Source: Anaerotignum sp. (GTDB taxonomy: Bacteria; Bacillota; Clostridia; Lachnospirales; Anaerotignaceae). Taken from it: a stretch of DNA of 51,789 bases. The first letter of the stretch is position 1. The number at the start of each line of letters is the position of its first letter. Where the stretch lies: NCBI GenBank assembly GCA_045122575.1, contig JBGVHV010000106.1; one strand, written 5' to 3'. Both the position numbers and the translations under genes were made by a program. Positions 28,597 to 37,888 of the stretch are shown here, piece by piece. Below the pieces are notes generated by a model. It was not told the origin of the DNA and made no database searches. It was given only the letters and a program-made list of their open reading frames with translations.

Positions 28597-29481
28597 ATGA
28601 CAAAACAGAAGAAAAAGGTTGTAGCATACAGCCTGTTTACCATATTTCTCTGGGCGTCAGCTTATCCGCTGACGAAAATCGCTCAGACCCATTTTACACC
28701 GGTCCCTATTTCCTTTGTTCGCAGTTTTATTGCCGGCTTTTTCATGCTGGCTGTGGGCAGAATGAAAGGCATGCAGCTGCCGAAGAAAAAACATATCCCG
28801 TTATTTCTGCTTTCCGGTGCTTTCGGCTATGTGATTTATACGGTTGCTATGAACATTGGCCTGCAGACACTGCCTTCGGCCACCTGCAGTCTTTTGGTTG
28901 CCACATCGCCCATTATGACGGCGATCATTGCATCAAAGGTCTATAACGAAAAGATCAATCTCATCAGCTGGCTGGCGATCCTGATCGCCTTTGCGGGGGT
29001 AGCGATCCTGCTCCTGTGGGATAGTGGGGGAGCCTTTACGATCGATGCTGCTATGCTTTGGATGCTGCTTTCTGCTGCTTCCTGGGCAGGGTATAATATT
29101 ATAACAAGAAAATTGGTGGCGCTGGGTTATACGTCTGCGCAAATCACCTGCTTCAGTATGATCGCAGCGGCATTCTGGCTTTCTTTCTGGTCTGTGGATG
29201 GTTTCAGAGAAACCTTTACGGCAGAAAGGATCCACATTCTGGCTTTGCTGTATCTGGCGGTGATCTCCAACGCGGCAGGCTGTATCCTCTGGGGAAAAGC
29301 CATGGCTTACGCGGAAAAAACCAGTGAAGTGGCAAACTTTATGTTTTTGTCGCCACTGATGTCTGCTCTGATGAGTTTTCTCCTTCTGGGGGAAGTGCCC
29401 GGCATGGGGACTTTCATAGGCGGCGCAGTTATCATTGGTGGTCTGCTGTTGTTCAATTTAAAAGGACAGAAGAAAGAATAG
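28597..29481 (+). CDS. EamA/DMT family transporter (paralog 2)
   Basis: FLWASAYPLTK, SPIMTA, LWGKAMAYAEKTSEVANFMF. Confidence 0.93.
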   Translation: MTKQKKKVVAYSLFTIFLWASAYPLTKIAQTHFTPVPISFVRSFIAGFFMLAVGRMKGMQLPKKKHIPLFLLSGAFGYVIYTVAMNIGLQTLPSATCSLLVATSPIMTAIIASKVYNEKINLISWLAILIAFAGVAILLLWDSGGAFTIDAAMLWMLLSAASWAGYNIITRKLVALGYTSAQITCFSMIAAAFWLSFWSVDGFRETFTAERIHILALLYLAVISNAAGCILWGKAMAYAEKTSEVANFMFLSPLMSALMSFLLLGEVPGMGTFIGGAVIIGGLLLFNLKGQKKE

Positions 29482-29519
29482 GAAAAATACAAGCACAGGA
29501 TCAGAGAAATCCTGATAAG

Positions 29520-29563
29520 AAAAACCGAAAGAAACCTTTGATTAAAAGGTTCCTTTCGGTTTT
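29520..29563 (+). terminator. Terminator after EamA 2
   Basis: AAAAACCGAAAG..AACCTTT/AAAGGTT..CTTTCGGTTTTT. Confidence 0.75.
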
Positions 29564-29631
29564 TGATTTCTGCGGAATGTTTTCTTAAGCCACTGCATTA
29601 CCTGTATTGATTGCTGTTTCAAAAAACGCTC

Positions 29632-29680
29632 TTAACAATGCTTTACAAAGTTTTTACAAAGGAAGATAGTGGATTTTACA
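29632..29680 (+). promoter_or_regulatory. Pho-box-like TT(A/T)ACA direct repeats
   Basis: TTAACA at 29632 and TTTACA at 29642, 29653 and 29675 (offsets 10, 11, 22). Confidence 0.6.
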
Positions 29681-29723
29681 TTTCTAAGAGAAAATAAAGG
29701 CACTAACAGAAAAGGAGAGATCA

Positions 29724-31547
29724 ATGATGAAACAAATGAAAAAAGCAGTATCCATGATGCTGGTTTCTGCGGCTGTACTGAGCTGCAGCCCTCAGTGTTT
29801 TGCGGCAGAGGTGGCAGCAAAAGGATTGGAAAATGGAAAAGCAGTAGATCTGGTGAAAATTGGCGGCTATGATACCGGCTATTCCAATAAGGATGGCGGT
29901 GTAGCGGAAATCATTTCCTATGACAAAGTAAAAAATCAGGCATGGGTAGTCAATGGTACGACTGGCAAACTGGATATTCTGGATATGCAGGATGTCACAA
30001 ATGGTCTGTCTCAGAAAATGCCTGTAAAATCTCTGGATATTCCTGCTATCATCCAGAAGGCTGCTCCTGATTTTCATTATGGCGATATGACATCTGTAGC
30101 AGTTAACAGTGATAAAGGGATTGTTGCTGTGGCACTGCAGGATGCAGATTACAGCAAACACGGCTATGCAGCGATCCTGACAACAGACGGTGAACTTCTG
30201 ACAATGGTGGAAGCAGGCTGTCAGCCCGATATGGTGACTTTCACACCCGATGGCACAAAGATCCTGGTAGCGAATGAAGGGGAACCCAGAGAGGGCTTTG
30301 GAGAAGGTATTGTAGATCCTGCAGGCTCTGTAACAGTGATCACTTTAGATGCAGCGGATGTAAAGAAAAGTACCGCGATTACCGTTGGTTTTGATGCCTT
30401 CGACAGCCAGAGAGAAACGCTGATCACAAATGGCGTTATGATGGTAAAAGACAATCTGCCTTCCGCGGATTTTGAACCAGAATATATCGCAGCAACAGAT
30501 CGGAAAGCTTATATTGCTCTGCAGGAAAATAATGCGATTGCGGTATTGGATCTGGAAACAACAGAATATTGCGGCGTATATCCTATGGACTATAAAGATT
30601 TGAATGATGCCGAAAATGCACTGGATCTGGTGGAAGATGGTGCATACGAAGCAAAAACCTATGATGCTGTGGGGGCATATATGCCTGATGGGGTGGCTGT
30701 TTATGAAGCAGACGGAAAAACATACCTCCTGACTGCAAATGAAGGGGATGCCCGTGAGTGGGGCGATTATTGCAACGAAGTGAAGGAAACACTGACAGCA
30801 GCAGACGGTACAGAAGCAAAAAAAGTACGTGTTATTGATGCGGCAGTGACAGATGGTATGCCAGAAGGAAAAGCAGTTCTCTACGGTGGTCGTTCCTTCT
30901 CTATCTACCGTGTAGACCAGAATGGACTGACACAGGTATTTGACAGCGGCAATGACTTTGAAGAAAAAACAGCGGCATATTTCCCTGCATATTTTAATGT
31001 GTCCAATGATGACAATGCCTATGATAGCCGTTCTCCCAAAAAAGGTCCTGAGCCTGAAAACGTAACGGTAGGCAAGATAGGGGACAAGGTATATGCGTTT
31101 GTCGGACTGGAACGTATCGGCGGTATCATGGTGTATGATATCACAAATCCCGAAAAAGCAGATTTCTGCAACTACATTAACACAAGAGATTTCAACGAAG
31201 ATCCTGAGACTGCCGAAAAACTGACAGGAGATATTGCTCCCGAAGGTCTGACATTTATCTCTGCAGAAGATTCTCCTTCCAATACACCAATCCTGCTGGC
31301 AGCATTTGAAGTCAGCGGTACAGTAGGCGCATACGCAGTCGGTGAACAGCCTGCAGCCCCTGAAAAAATGGTGAAACTGGAAATTGGCAGCAAAGAGGCA
31401 GCAGTAGATGGTAAAACTGTGGAACTGGATACGCCTGCCTTTGTGAAAGATGGCAGAACATTCCTGCCCATCCGCTTTATTTCCGAAGCAATGGGAATGA
31501 ATGTGGACTGGGATGCAGCAACAAAAACAGTAACGATCTGGAATTAA
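29724..31547 (+). CDS. Secreted choice-of-anchor I (alkaline-phosphatase-associated) protein with C-terminal copper-amine-oxidase-N/stalk domain
   Basis: Signal peptide; AEIISYD, FTPDGTKILVANEGEP, DFEPEYIA, LQENNAIA, TANEGDAR, GGRSFSI, DSRSPKKGPEPE, GLERIGG; C-terminal PAFVKDGRTFLPIRFISEAMGMNVDWD. Confidence 0.85.
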   Translation: MMKQMKKAVSMMLVSAAVLSCSPQCFAAEVAAKGLENGKAVDLVKIGGYDTGYSNKDGGVAEIISYDKVKNQAWVVNGTTGKLDILDMQDVTNGLSQKMPVKSLDIPAIIQKAAPDFHYGDMTSVAVNSDKGIVAVALQDADYSKHGYAAILTTDGELLTMVEAGCQPDMVTFTPDGTKILVANEGEPREGFGEGIVDPAGSVTVITLDAADVKKSTAITVGFDAFDSQRETLITNGVMMVKDNLPSADFEPEYIAATDRKAYIALQENNAIAVLDLETTEYCGVYPMDYKDLNDAENALDLVEDGAYEAKTYDAVGAYMPDGVAVYEADGKTYLLTANEGDAREWGDYCNEVKETLTAADGTEAKKVRVIDAAVTDGMPEGKAVLYGGRSFSIYRVDQNGLTQVFDSGNDFEEKTAAYFPAYFNVSNDDNAYDSRSPKKGPEPENVTVGKIGDKVYAFVGLERIGGIMVYDITNPEKADFCNYINTRDFNEDPETAEKLTGDIAPEGLTFISAEDSPSNTPILLAAFEVSGTVGAYAVGEQPAAPEKMVKLEIGSKEAAVDGKTVELDTPAFVKDGRTFLPIRFISEAMGMNVDWDAATKTVTIWN

Positions 31548-31555
31548 ATAAAAGA

Positions 31556-31582
31556 AAGGCGTGGTAAATACCACGCCTTTTT
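31556..31582. terminator. Bidirectional terminator
   Basis: AAAGGCGTGGT-aaat-ACCACGCCTTT between convergent genes. Confidence 0.8.
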
Positions 31583-31597
31583 ATGTGCTTTGCAATA

Positions 31598-33034
31598 TCA
31601 GTACGCTCTGCCCCAGTAAACCATATGTTTCGCAGGTTTACCACAGCATACGCATACATCAGAAACTTCTTCCTGTTCGAAAGGAATACATCTGCTTGTT
31701 GCAGCTGTTTTTTCTTTGATTTCGTCTTCGCAAGCCTGATCGCCGCACCACATTGCTTTGATGAAGCCGGGTGTTTCGTTGATGGTCTTGTCGAATTCTT
31801 CCATGTTTTTCGCAACGTATGTTCTTGTGTCTCTGTGTTCTTTTGCTTTTGCCAGCAGGTTTGCCTGAATTTCATCCAGCAGAGCAGGGATCTTTGTTTC
31901 CAGTTCATCCAGAGAAACGAAGATCTTTTCGCCTGTATCACGTCTAGCCAGTACGCACTGGTTCTGTTCGATATCTTTGGGGCCGATTTCCAGACGGATG
32001 GGAACACCTTTCATTTCGTATTCAGAGAATTTCCAGCCGGGTGTCTTATCGGAATCATCCAGTTTCACGCGGCAGATGTTTTTCAGTTTGTCTTTCAGTT
32101 CGCCTGCTTTTTCCAGAACGCCTTCTTTTTTCTGCATGATAGGAACGATAACAACCTGTGTGGGTGCGATTCTGGGAGGCAGAACCAGACCGCTGTTGTC
32201 GCCGTGAACCATGATCACAGCACCGATCAGACGTGTTGTCATACCCCAGGATGTCTGGTGAACATACTGCAGTTTATTTTCTTTATCGGAATACTGGATG
32301 CCGAAAGCTTTTGCGAAGCCGTCGCCGAAGTTGTGAGATGTACCGGACTGCAGAGCTTTACCATCGTGCATCAGGGATTCGATTGTGAATGTGTGAGCTG
32401 CGCCTGCGAATCTTTCTTTTTCTGTTTTTTCGCCTTTTACTACGGGGATTGCCAGTACTTCGTGGCAGAAATCAGAATATACATTCAGCATCTGGATGGT
32501 TCTTTCCTGTGCTTCTTCTGCTGTAGCATGGGCTGTATGGCCTTCCTGCCACAGGAATTCCATGGATCTCAGGAAAGGACGTGTTGTTTTTTCCCAACGA
32601 ACAACGGAGCACCACTGATTGTACAGTTTAGGCAGGTCTCTGTGGGACTGGATGATGTTTGCGTAATGTTCGCAGAACAGTGTTTCGGAAGTGGGGCGTA
32701 CACACATACGTTCTTCCAGTTTTTTGTCACCGCCGTGGGTTACCCAGGCTACTTCGGGAGCAAAACCTTCTACGTGGTCTTTTTCTTTCTGCAGCAGGCT
32801 TTCGGGGATGAACATGGGCATATAGCAGTTTTCAACATCTGTTGCTTTGAAACGAGCGTCCAGATCTTTCTGGATCAGTTCCCAGATGGCATAACCGTAG
32901 GGACGGATTACCATGCAGCCTTTGATGCTGGAGTATTCTACCAGTTCAGCTTTTTTTACAACGTCAGTATACCACTGGGGAAAATCCAACTCCATATCGG
33001 TGATGGATTCTACAAATTTCTTATCTTTTGCCAT
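31598..33034 (-). CDS. proS: Prolyl-tRNA synthetase, archaeal/eukaryote-like short type
   Basis: [46 protein letters not shown]-terminal WGRAY. Start at 33034 after AAGGAGG. Confidence 0.97.
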   Translation of the reverse strand: MAKDKKFVESITDMELDFPQWYTDVVKKAELVEYSSIKGCMVIRPYGYAIWELIQKDLDARFKATDVENCYMPMFIPESLLQKEKDHVEGFAPEVAWVTHGGDKKLEERMCVRPTSETLFCEHYANIIQSHRDLPKLYNQWCSVVRWEKTTRPFLRSMEFLWQEGHTAHATAEEAQERTIQMLNVYSDFCHEVLAIPVVKGEKTEKERFAGAAHTFTIESLMHDGKALQSGTSHNFGDGFAKAFGIQYSDKENKLQYVHQTSWGMTTRLIGAVIMVHGDNSGLVLPPRIAPTQVVIVPIMQKKEGVLEKAGELKDKLKNICRVKLDDSDKTPGWKFSEYEMKGVPIRLEIGPKDIEQNQCVLARRDTGEKIFVSLDELETKIPALLDEIQANLLAKAKEHRDTRTYVAKNMEEFDKTINETPGFIKAMWCGDQACEDEIKEKTAATSRCIPFEQEEVSDVCVCCGKPAKHMVYWGRAY

Positions 33035-33065
33035 TTTTGTTTCCTCCTTTGGAATGATATTTTTT

Positions 33066-33190
33066 ACTCGCAGAGATTCGTTGCACAAGTGCAACTCATG
33101 CGTTTTGTCGCACAATATTTTCGCAATAAAAGCAATAGCTTTGTGCAAGCACAAGCAGTGCTTTTCTTACGAAAATGCTCTGCTCGTTAT
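33066..33190. repeat. Multi-hairpin palindromic element (REP/MITE-like) inside the proS leader
   Basis: Closing stem GCAGAG/CTCTGC; GTTGCAC-aa-GTGCAAC; TGCG/CGCA; ATTTTCG..AAAAGCA/TGCTTTT..CGAAAAT enclosing TTGTGC-aa-GCACAA. Confidence 0.55.
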
Positions 33191-33199
33191 TATCGCAAA

Positions 33200-33432
33200 A
33201 TAAAAAAATCCCTGCTCCCTCTGCAAATGCAGAAAAGGGACCAAGGTCATTCGGCGGTGCCACCCTTATTGATGATCATATGACCATCCTCTCGAAATCG
33301 TTAACGCCGAACATACGCCGCATTTTCCCTGCGGAACTCAAGGGGCAGGTTCAAAAAGGTTTGCCGAGGCTCGCATCAACCGCCTGTTTTCTGGAGACAA
33401 ATGACTTTTCTACTATTCCCTGTCATTGTTTT
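33200..33432 (-). ncRNA. T-box riboswitch (Pro) upstream of proS
   Basis: Stem I with specifier GAA-CCT (33347-33349); T-box AAGGGTGGCACCGC; terminator with U-tract; upstream TTGACA...TATCAT promoter. Confidence 0.92.
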
Positions 33433-33612
33433 TATACAGTACTTATGATAACTCGAAAACGGCTGTACTGTCAAGGCGAAAGGCGGAAAAGGAGCAGAAA
33501 ATCTTAAGAAAGTCTTAGGACTTTTGTTACGGTGCTGTAACCTTGGAGTGGTATGATGGGGGAAACGAGAACTGGAAGAAAAAGGGACAATGACAAGAAG
33601 GAGGAAATGAGT

Positions 33613-34710
33613 ATGAAGCGGTTTTTTGCAATGATGCTGACAATGACGATGATGGGGACAACAGCCTATGCTGCTGAGGAAAGAGAAAAAGTGACGGCAA
33701 TTCCAAAATGGCAGGAAGTGACTTTTGATGGGCACAGTAAAGTGATGCAGTGCTATAACATCGATGGATATAACTATTTCCGCCTGCGTGATATGGCACA
33801 GGAAATCACAGACCACATTGATAAGCATAGGCACCATTTTGGTGTTTCCTATGATAATGAAGAAAAAAGCATTAACATTCTCAGAACGTACGACTATGAA
33901 CCAATTGCAGGAATTAAGGAATATTTGATTGGTTCAGAGGCGAAAGATGCTGTCCTTGCAAATACACGCTTGAAAGTAAATGGTGCGAAACTGCCGGTAG
34001 ATTACATGAAAGGCTATGTCGTTGAGGGGTATACCTTTTATAAACTACGGGATCTGGCTGAACTACTTGGTTTGAGTGTTGAATGGTGTGCGGCGGATAA
34101 AGTGATTGAATTGACAGGGGAGACTCCAACTTATACAGACAGCAATGGCAATTCTATTTCGGCTGCGAGAAAACCCGTTATCTACCTCTATCCCGAAGAA
34201 ACGACAGACATTTCCGTGGAACTGGAATATGACGGCAATCTGACTGTGACCTATCCTGCCTACAACGAAGGCTGGAAAGTAACAGCGGAACCTGATGGTA
34301 CCCTGACCAACCACGCCGACGGCAGGGAATATTCCTATCTCTTCTGGGAGGGCGAAGGCTATGGTGAAATGGACTTTTCTGAAGGCTTTGTGGTAAAAGG
34401 AGAGGATACCGTTTCCTTCCTGCAGGACAAGCTTTCTGCCATGGGCATGACCCCCAGAGAATACAACGAATTCATCGTTTATTGGCTGCCTTATCTGCAG
34501 GACAATGCCTATAATCTGATTTCCTTCCAGTGGGAAAATTATGATGAATCCGCAAAACTGAACATCACCCCTGAACCCGATAATATGCTCCGTGTATTCA
34601 TGGCATTCAAAGCCATTGATGAACCCATTGAAGTGCCCGAACAGAAACTGCCTGTGCTGGAAAGAGAGGGCTTTACCGTTGTAGAATGGGGAGGCACAGA
34701 GGTGCATTGA
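33613..34710 (+). CDS. Secreted/surface protein: two stalk-like repeats plus an uncharacterised KPVIYLYP...VEWGG domain
   Basis: AAGGAGG RBS; signal peptide ending AYA; repeats YNIDGYNYFRLRDMA and YVVEGYTFYKLRDLA; KPVIYLYP, YSYLFWEG, EFIVYWLP, LRVFM, VVEWGG. Confidence 0.8.
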   Translation: MKRFFAMMLTMTMMGTTAYAAEEREKVTAIPKWQEVTFDGHSKVMQCYNIDGYNYFRLRDMAQEITDHIDKHRHHFGVSYDNEEKSINILRTYDYEPIAGIKEYLIGSEAKDAVLANTRLKVNGAKLPVDYMKGYVVEGYTFYKLRDLAELLGLSVEWCAADKVIELTGETPTYTDSNGNSISAARKPVIYLYPEETTDISVELEYDGNLTVTYPAYNEGWKVTAEPDGTLTNHADGREYSYLFWEGEGYGEMDFSEGFVVKGEDTVSFLQDKLSAMGMTPREYNEFIVYWLPYLQDNAYNLISFQWENYDESAKLNITPEPDNMLRVFMAFKAIDEPIEVPEQKLPVLEREGFTVVEWGGTEVH

Positions 34711-34792
34711 CACCTGTCTTGAAAGAAGTTTTCTGCTATGGTAAAATAAATCAATTAGACAAATTTTACTGTAACAGAAAGGAAGAACGAGC

Positions 34793-35323
34793 ATGAAAAA
34801 GATTTTGATCGTTGTAGATATGCAGAATGACTTTATCGACGGCTCTCTGGGTACACCCGAAGCAGAAGCCATCGTAGATAACGTAGTGGCAAAAATGAAC
34901 ACATACACAAAAGATTGTATTTACGTTACCAGAGATACCCATCAGGATGATTACCTGATGACCCAGGAAGGCGAAAAACTGCCTGTTGCCCATTGCATCG
35001 AAGGCACTCACGGCTGGGAGATCAATGATAAGGTAAAAGCAGCCATGGGCAGCGCTGTTGTGGTGAATAAACCTACTTTTGGTTCTCTGCAGCTGGCAGA
35101 TATGATGGTGATGGAATTCATGGGCCATGAACTGTCTGAATGCGAGATCGAACTGGTTGGTCTTTGCACAGATATCTGCGTGGTTTCCAATGCGCTGATC
35201 TTGAAAGCAAGACTGCCCGAGGTAAAGATCAGTGTGGATGCCTCCTGCTGTGCAGGGGTAACCCCTGAAAGCCACGAAGCGGCACTGAAAACGATGCAGA
35301 TGTGCCAGATCGAAGTAAAGTGA
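34793..35323 (+). CDS. Isochorismatase-family cysteine hydrolase (nicotinamidase-like)
   Basis: VVDMQNDF, RDTH, HCIEGTHGW, KPTFGS, GLCTDICV. Confidence 0.92.
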   Translation: MKKILIVVDMQNDFIDGSLGTPEAEAIVDNVVAKMNTYTKDCIYVTRDTHQDDYLMTQEGEKLPVAHCIEGTHGWEINDKVKAAMGSAVVVNKPTFGSLQLADMMVMEFMGHELSECEIELVGLCTDICVVSNALILKARLPEVKISVDASCCAGVTPESHEAALKTMQMCQIEVK

Positions 35324-35333
35324 GGACAACTCT

Positions 35334-36452
35334 ATGAGAGATGAAAGACTGGAAAAACTGGCGGATGTGCTGGTGAATTATTCCACAAAAGTAAAAAAAG
35401 GCGACCGCGTTGCCATTTCCGCAGAGGATGCGGCGCTGCCTTTCATCAAGGCTGTAGCCCGTGCAGCAGTAAAAGCCGGCGCAATGGTAGATTACTATGT
35501 GGACATGCCTGATGTGGATGCGGAAATTTTGAGAAACGGCACGGAAGAACAGTATGCCCGTGAAAATATCCGTTTTGGTGCCTGTGCGAAAAGCGATGTA
35601 TGGATCAGTGCATGGGGCAGCGAAAATACAAAGACCATGCAGTCTATTGATGGCGAAAGACTGAAACAGAAACGTCTGGCCAATAAAGAAAACAGAAAAA
35701 TTTATTCCGATCGTATGGGCACAGGGGAACTGCGCTGGTGCGGCACCCAGTTTCCCACCAACGGCGATGCCCAGAATGCAGGCATGAGTCTGGAGGAATA
35801 TGAAGATTTCGTATATGCTGCGGGTTATCTTTATGAGGCCGATCCCGTTGCAAAATGGGAAGAAATGGCGGCGTGGCAGGAAAAATGGGTCAATTATCTG
35901 GACGGGAAAAAAGAACTGCATATCCTTTCCAAGGATACGGATATCAGAGTAAATATTGCAGGCAGAAAATGGATCAACTGCTGCGGGGATGCCAACTTCC
36001 CCGACGGCGAAATTTTTACTTCTCCTATAGAAGATGGTATCGATGGTTATATTACATTTTCCTATCCCTCCATTATGAACGGCAACGAATTCTATGAAGT
36101 GCGCCTGACGGTGGAGCAGGGGAGAATTACTGACGTTTCCTGCAAAAATATAGAAATGCTGGAGACACTCCTTTCTTATATTGATACGGATGCAGGCTCC
36201 CGTTATTTCGGTGAAGTTGCCATTGGCACCAACTACGGCATCCAGCGTCATACAAAGAACATCCTCTTTGATGAAAAGATCGGCGGATCCATGCATATGG
36301 CCATTGGGGAAGCCTTTCAGGAGGCTGGCGGCAAAAATGAATCTGCCATCCATTGGGATATGATCAATGACATGACAAAGGGAGGCAAAATCTATGCCGA
36401 CGGAGAGTTGTTTTATGAAAATGGCAGATTCCGGGAAGAACTCCTAGAATAA
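35334..36452 (+). CDS. M29 family aminopeptidase (AmpS/PepS-like)
   Basis: LADVLVNYS, NFPDGEIFTSP, GEVAIGTN, LFDEKIGGSMHMAIG, SAIHWDM. Confidence 0.93.
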   Translation: MRDERLEKLADVLVNYSTKVKKGDRVAISAEDAALPFIKAVARAAVKAGAMVDYYVDMPDVDAEILRNGTEEQYARENIRFGACAKSDVWISAWGSENTKTMQSIDGERLKQKRLANKENRKIYSDRMGTGELRWCGTQFPTNGDAQNAGMSLEEYEDFVYAAGYLYEADPVAKWEEMAAWQEKWVNYLDGKKELHILSKDTDIRVNIAGRKWINCCGDANFPDGEIFTSPIEDGIDGYITFSYPSIMNGNEFYEVRLTVEQGRITDVSCKNIEMLETLLSYIDTDAGSRYFGEVAIGTNYGIQRHTKNILFDEKIGGSMHMAIGEAFQEAGGKNESAIHWDMINDMTKGGKIYADGELFYENGRFREELLE

Positions 36453-36612
36453 TAGTGCAATAGAACTTCATAAAGATGTAAAAAAAGCAGATTTCACAGA
36501 GGGGAAATAAAATAACAAAGGTTATGTGAACGGTGGGGCAGAAAAGGATAGATTTTCTGCCCCTTTTTGTCGAAAAATTGGATAAAATTATGCAAACTGG
36601 TTAAAAAAGTCG

Positions 36613-36661
36613 TTGACAAATTTATTACTCTTTCGTATACTAATTGTAACAGATTTGTAAC
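36613..36661 (+). promoter_or_regulatory. SigA promoter with a WalR-type box over the start site
   Basis: TTGACA(36613)-17 nt-TATACT(36636); TGTAAC-agatt-TGTAAC at 36645-36661. Confidence 0.7.
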
Positions 36662-36703
36662 AAATTCGGTAGAACGATTGAAATAAGTTTGGAGGAGAAT
36701 CCA

Positions 36704-37816
36704 ATGTTTTTTAAAAAAGCGATCAAACATGTATGCCTGACCGCTCTTTTTGCTGTTTTGGGCACAGTAACAGTAATGGCTGCAGATGCTGGACAGGCTT
36801 CCGGCACAAACGTAAATGTACGTGCAGCAGCAACAACAGATGCGAATGTATTAGGCAAGATCAATAAAGGCACAGAATACGAAATTTTAGATAAAGACGG
36901 CAGCTGGTTTAAAATTTCCTATAACGGAAACAGCGGCTATGTATCCAAAGACTATTTTGAAGTTACAAAAGCGGATGCACATATCGATGGCTCCAGTGTA
37001 AACTGCAGAGAAAAGGCTTCCACATCTGCAAGCTCTCTGGGCAAATTCGCTGACGGTGACTATGTATGCGTGACAGGTCAGAATGACAGCTGGTACCGCA
37101 TTTCCTACAAAGGCGGCGCTGCTTATGTAAGTAAAGATTATGTAGATGGCGACTATGTAAAATATACAGCAAAGATCGCAAATGAAGCGGCAGCAGAAGA
37201 ATCCAAAGTGACTGTTTATGGTGTAGTTACAGCGGATGGCGGTCTGAAACTGAGAAAAGAAGCATCTCTGAATTCTGTTGTACTGACAGTTCTGCCCAAA
37301 GGTACAGAAGTAAATGTGGACAGAGTGGGTCAGGAATGGGTCAGAGTTGTTACTGACGGCGGCCAGAAAGGCTATGTCAGCGCAGAGTTCCTGTCCGTAA
37401 GAGAAGGTGTGAGAACAACACGTTCCACAGGTTCCGGCAAAGGTGCAGATGTGGTTGCATATGGCAAACAGTTCATCGGTACTCCCTATGTATGGGGCGG
37501 CACAAACCTGAGAACAGGCGTTGACTGTTCCGGTTTCGTATATTCTGTATACAAAAACTTTGGCATTACGCTGAACAGAAACTCCGCAGCAATGGCAAGC
37601 AATGGTGTAGAAGTATCCAAATCCAACCTGCAGGCAGGCGATCTGGTATTCTTTAACACAGGCGGCGACAGCAAGATCTCCCACGTTGGTATCTACTGCG
37701 GCGACGGTACATATGTACATTCTACAGATGGTAAAGGTAATGGTGTTACAGTTACAGATCTGAACAGCAGCTACAGCGCAAAAACATACGTAACAGCAAG
37801 ACGTGTATTAAGATAA
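36704..37816 (+). CDS. SH3b x3 + NlpC/P60 peptidoglycan endopeptidase
   Basis: Signal peptide; three SH3b repeats (VNVR...W..I...GYV); IGTPYVWGG, DCSG, GDLVFF, SHVGIY. Confidence 0.95.
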   Translation: MFFKKAIKHVCLTALFAVLGTVTVMAADAGQASGTNVNVRAAATTDANVLGKINKGTEYEILDKDGSWFKISYNGNSGYVSKDYFEVTKADAHIDGSSVNCREKASTSASSLGKFADGDYVCVTGQNDSWYRISYKGGAAYVSKDYVDGDYVKYTAKIANEAAAEESKVTVYGVVTADGGLKLRKEASLNSVVLTVLPKGTEVNVDRVGQEWVRVVTDGGQKGYVSAEFLSVREGVRTTRSTGSGKGADVVAYGKQFIGTPYVWGGTNLRTGVDCSGFVYSVYKNFGITLNRNSAAMASNGVEVSKSNLQAGDLVFFNTGGDSKISHVGIYCGDGTYVHSTDGKGNGVTVTDLNSSYSAKTYVTARRVLR

Positions 37817-37834
37817 CGAATTTAACGCAAAAAT

Positions 37835-37873
37835 AAACCCCTTTGCAAATGAAAGATGCAAGGGGGTTCTTTT
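37835..37873. terminator. Bidirectional terminator NlpC/leuB
   Basis: AACCCCTTTGCA...TGCAAGGGGGTT with flanking A/T tracts. Confidence 0.7.
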
Positions 37874-37888
37874 TGTCTGAAAAAGGGA

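Noticed and set aside
27329..31547. Possible tRNA-anchored genomic island
   Set aside because: No integrase, no duplicated tRNA 3' end seen in the window, and neighbouring genes look host-like
33035..33154. 40-aa N-terminal extension of ProRS in the ORF track
   Set aside because: It runs through the palindromic leader element. A strong AAGGAGG RBS supports ATG 33034.
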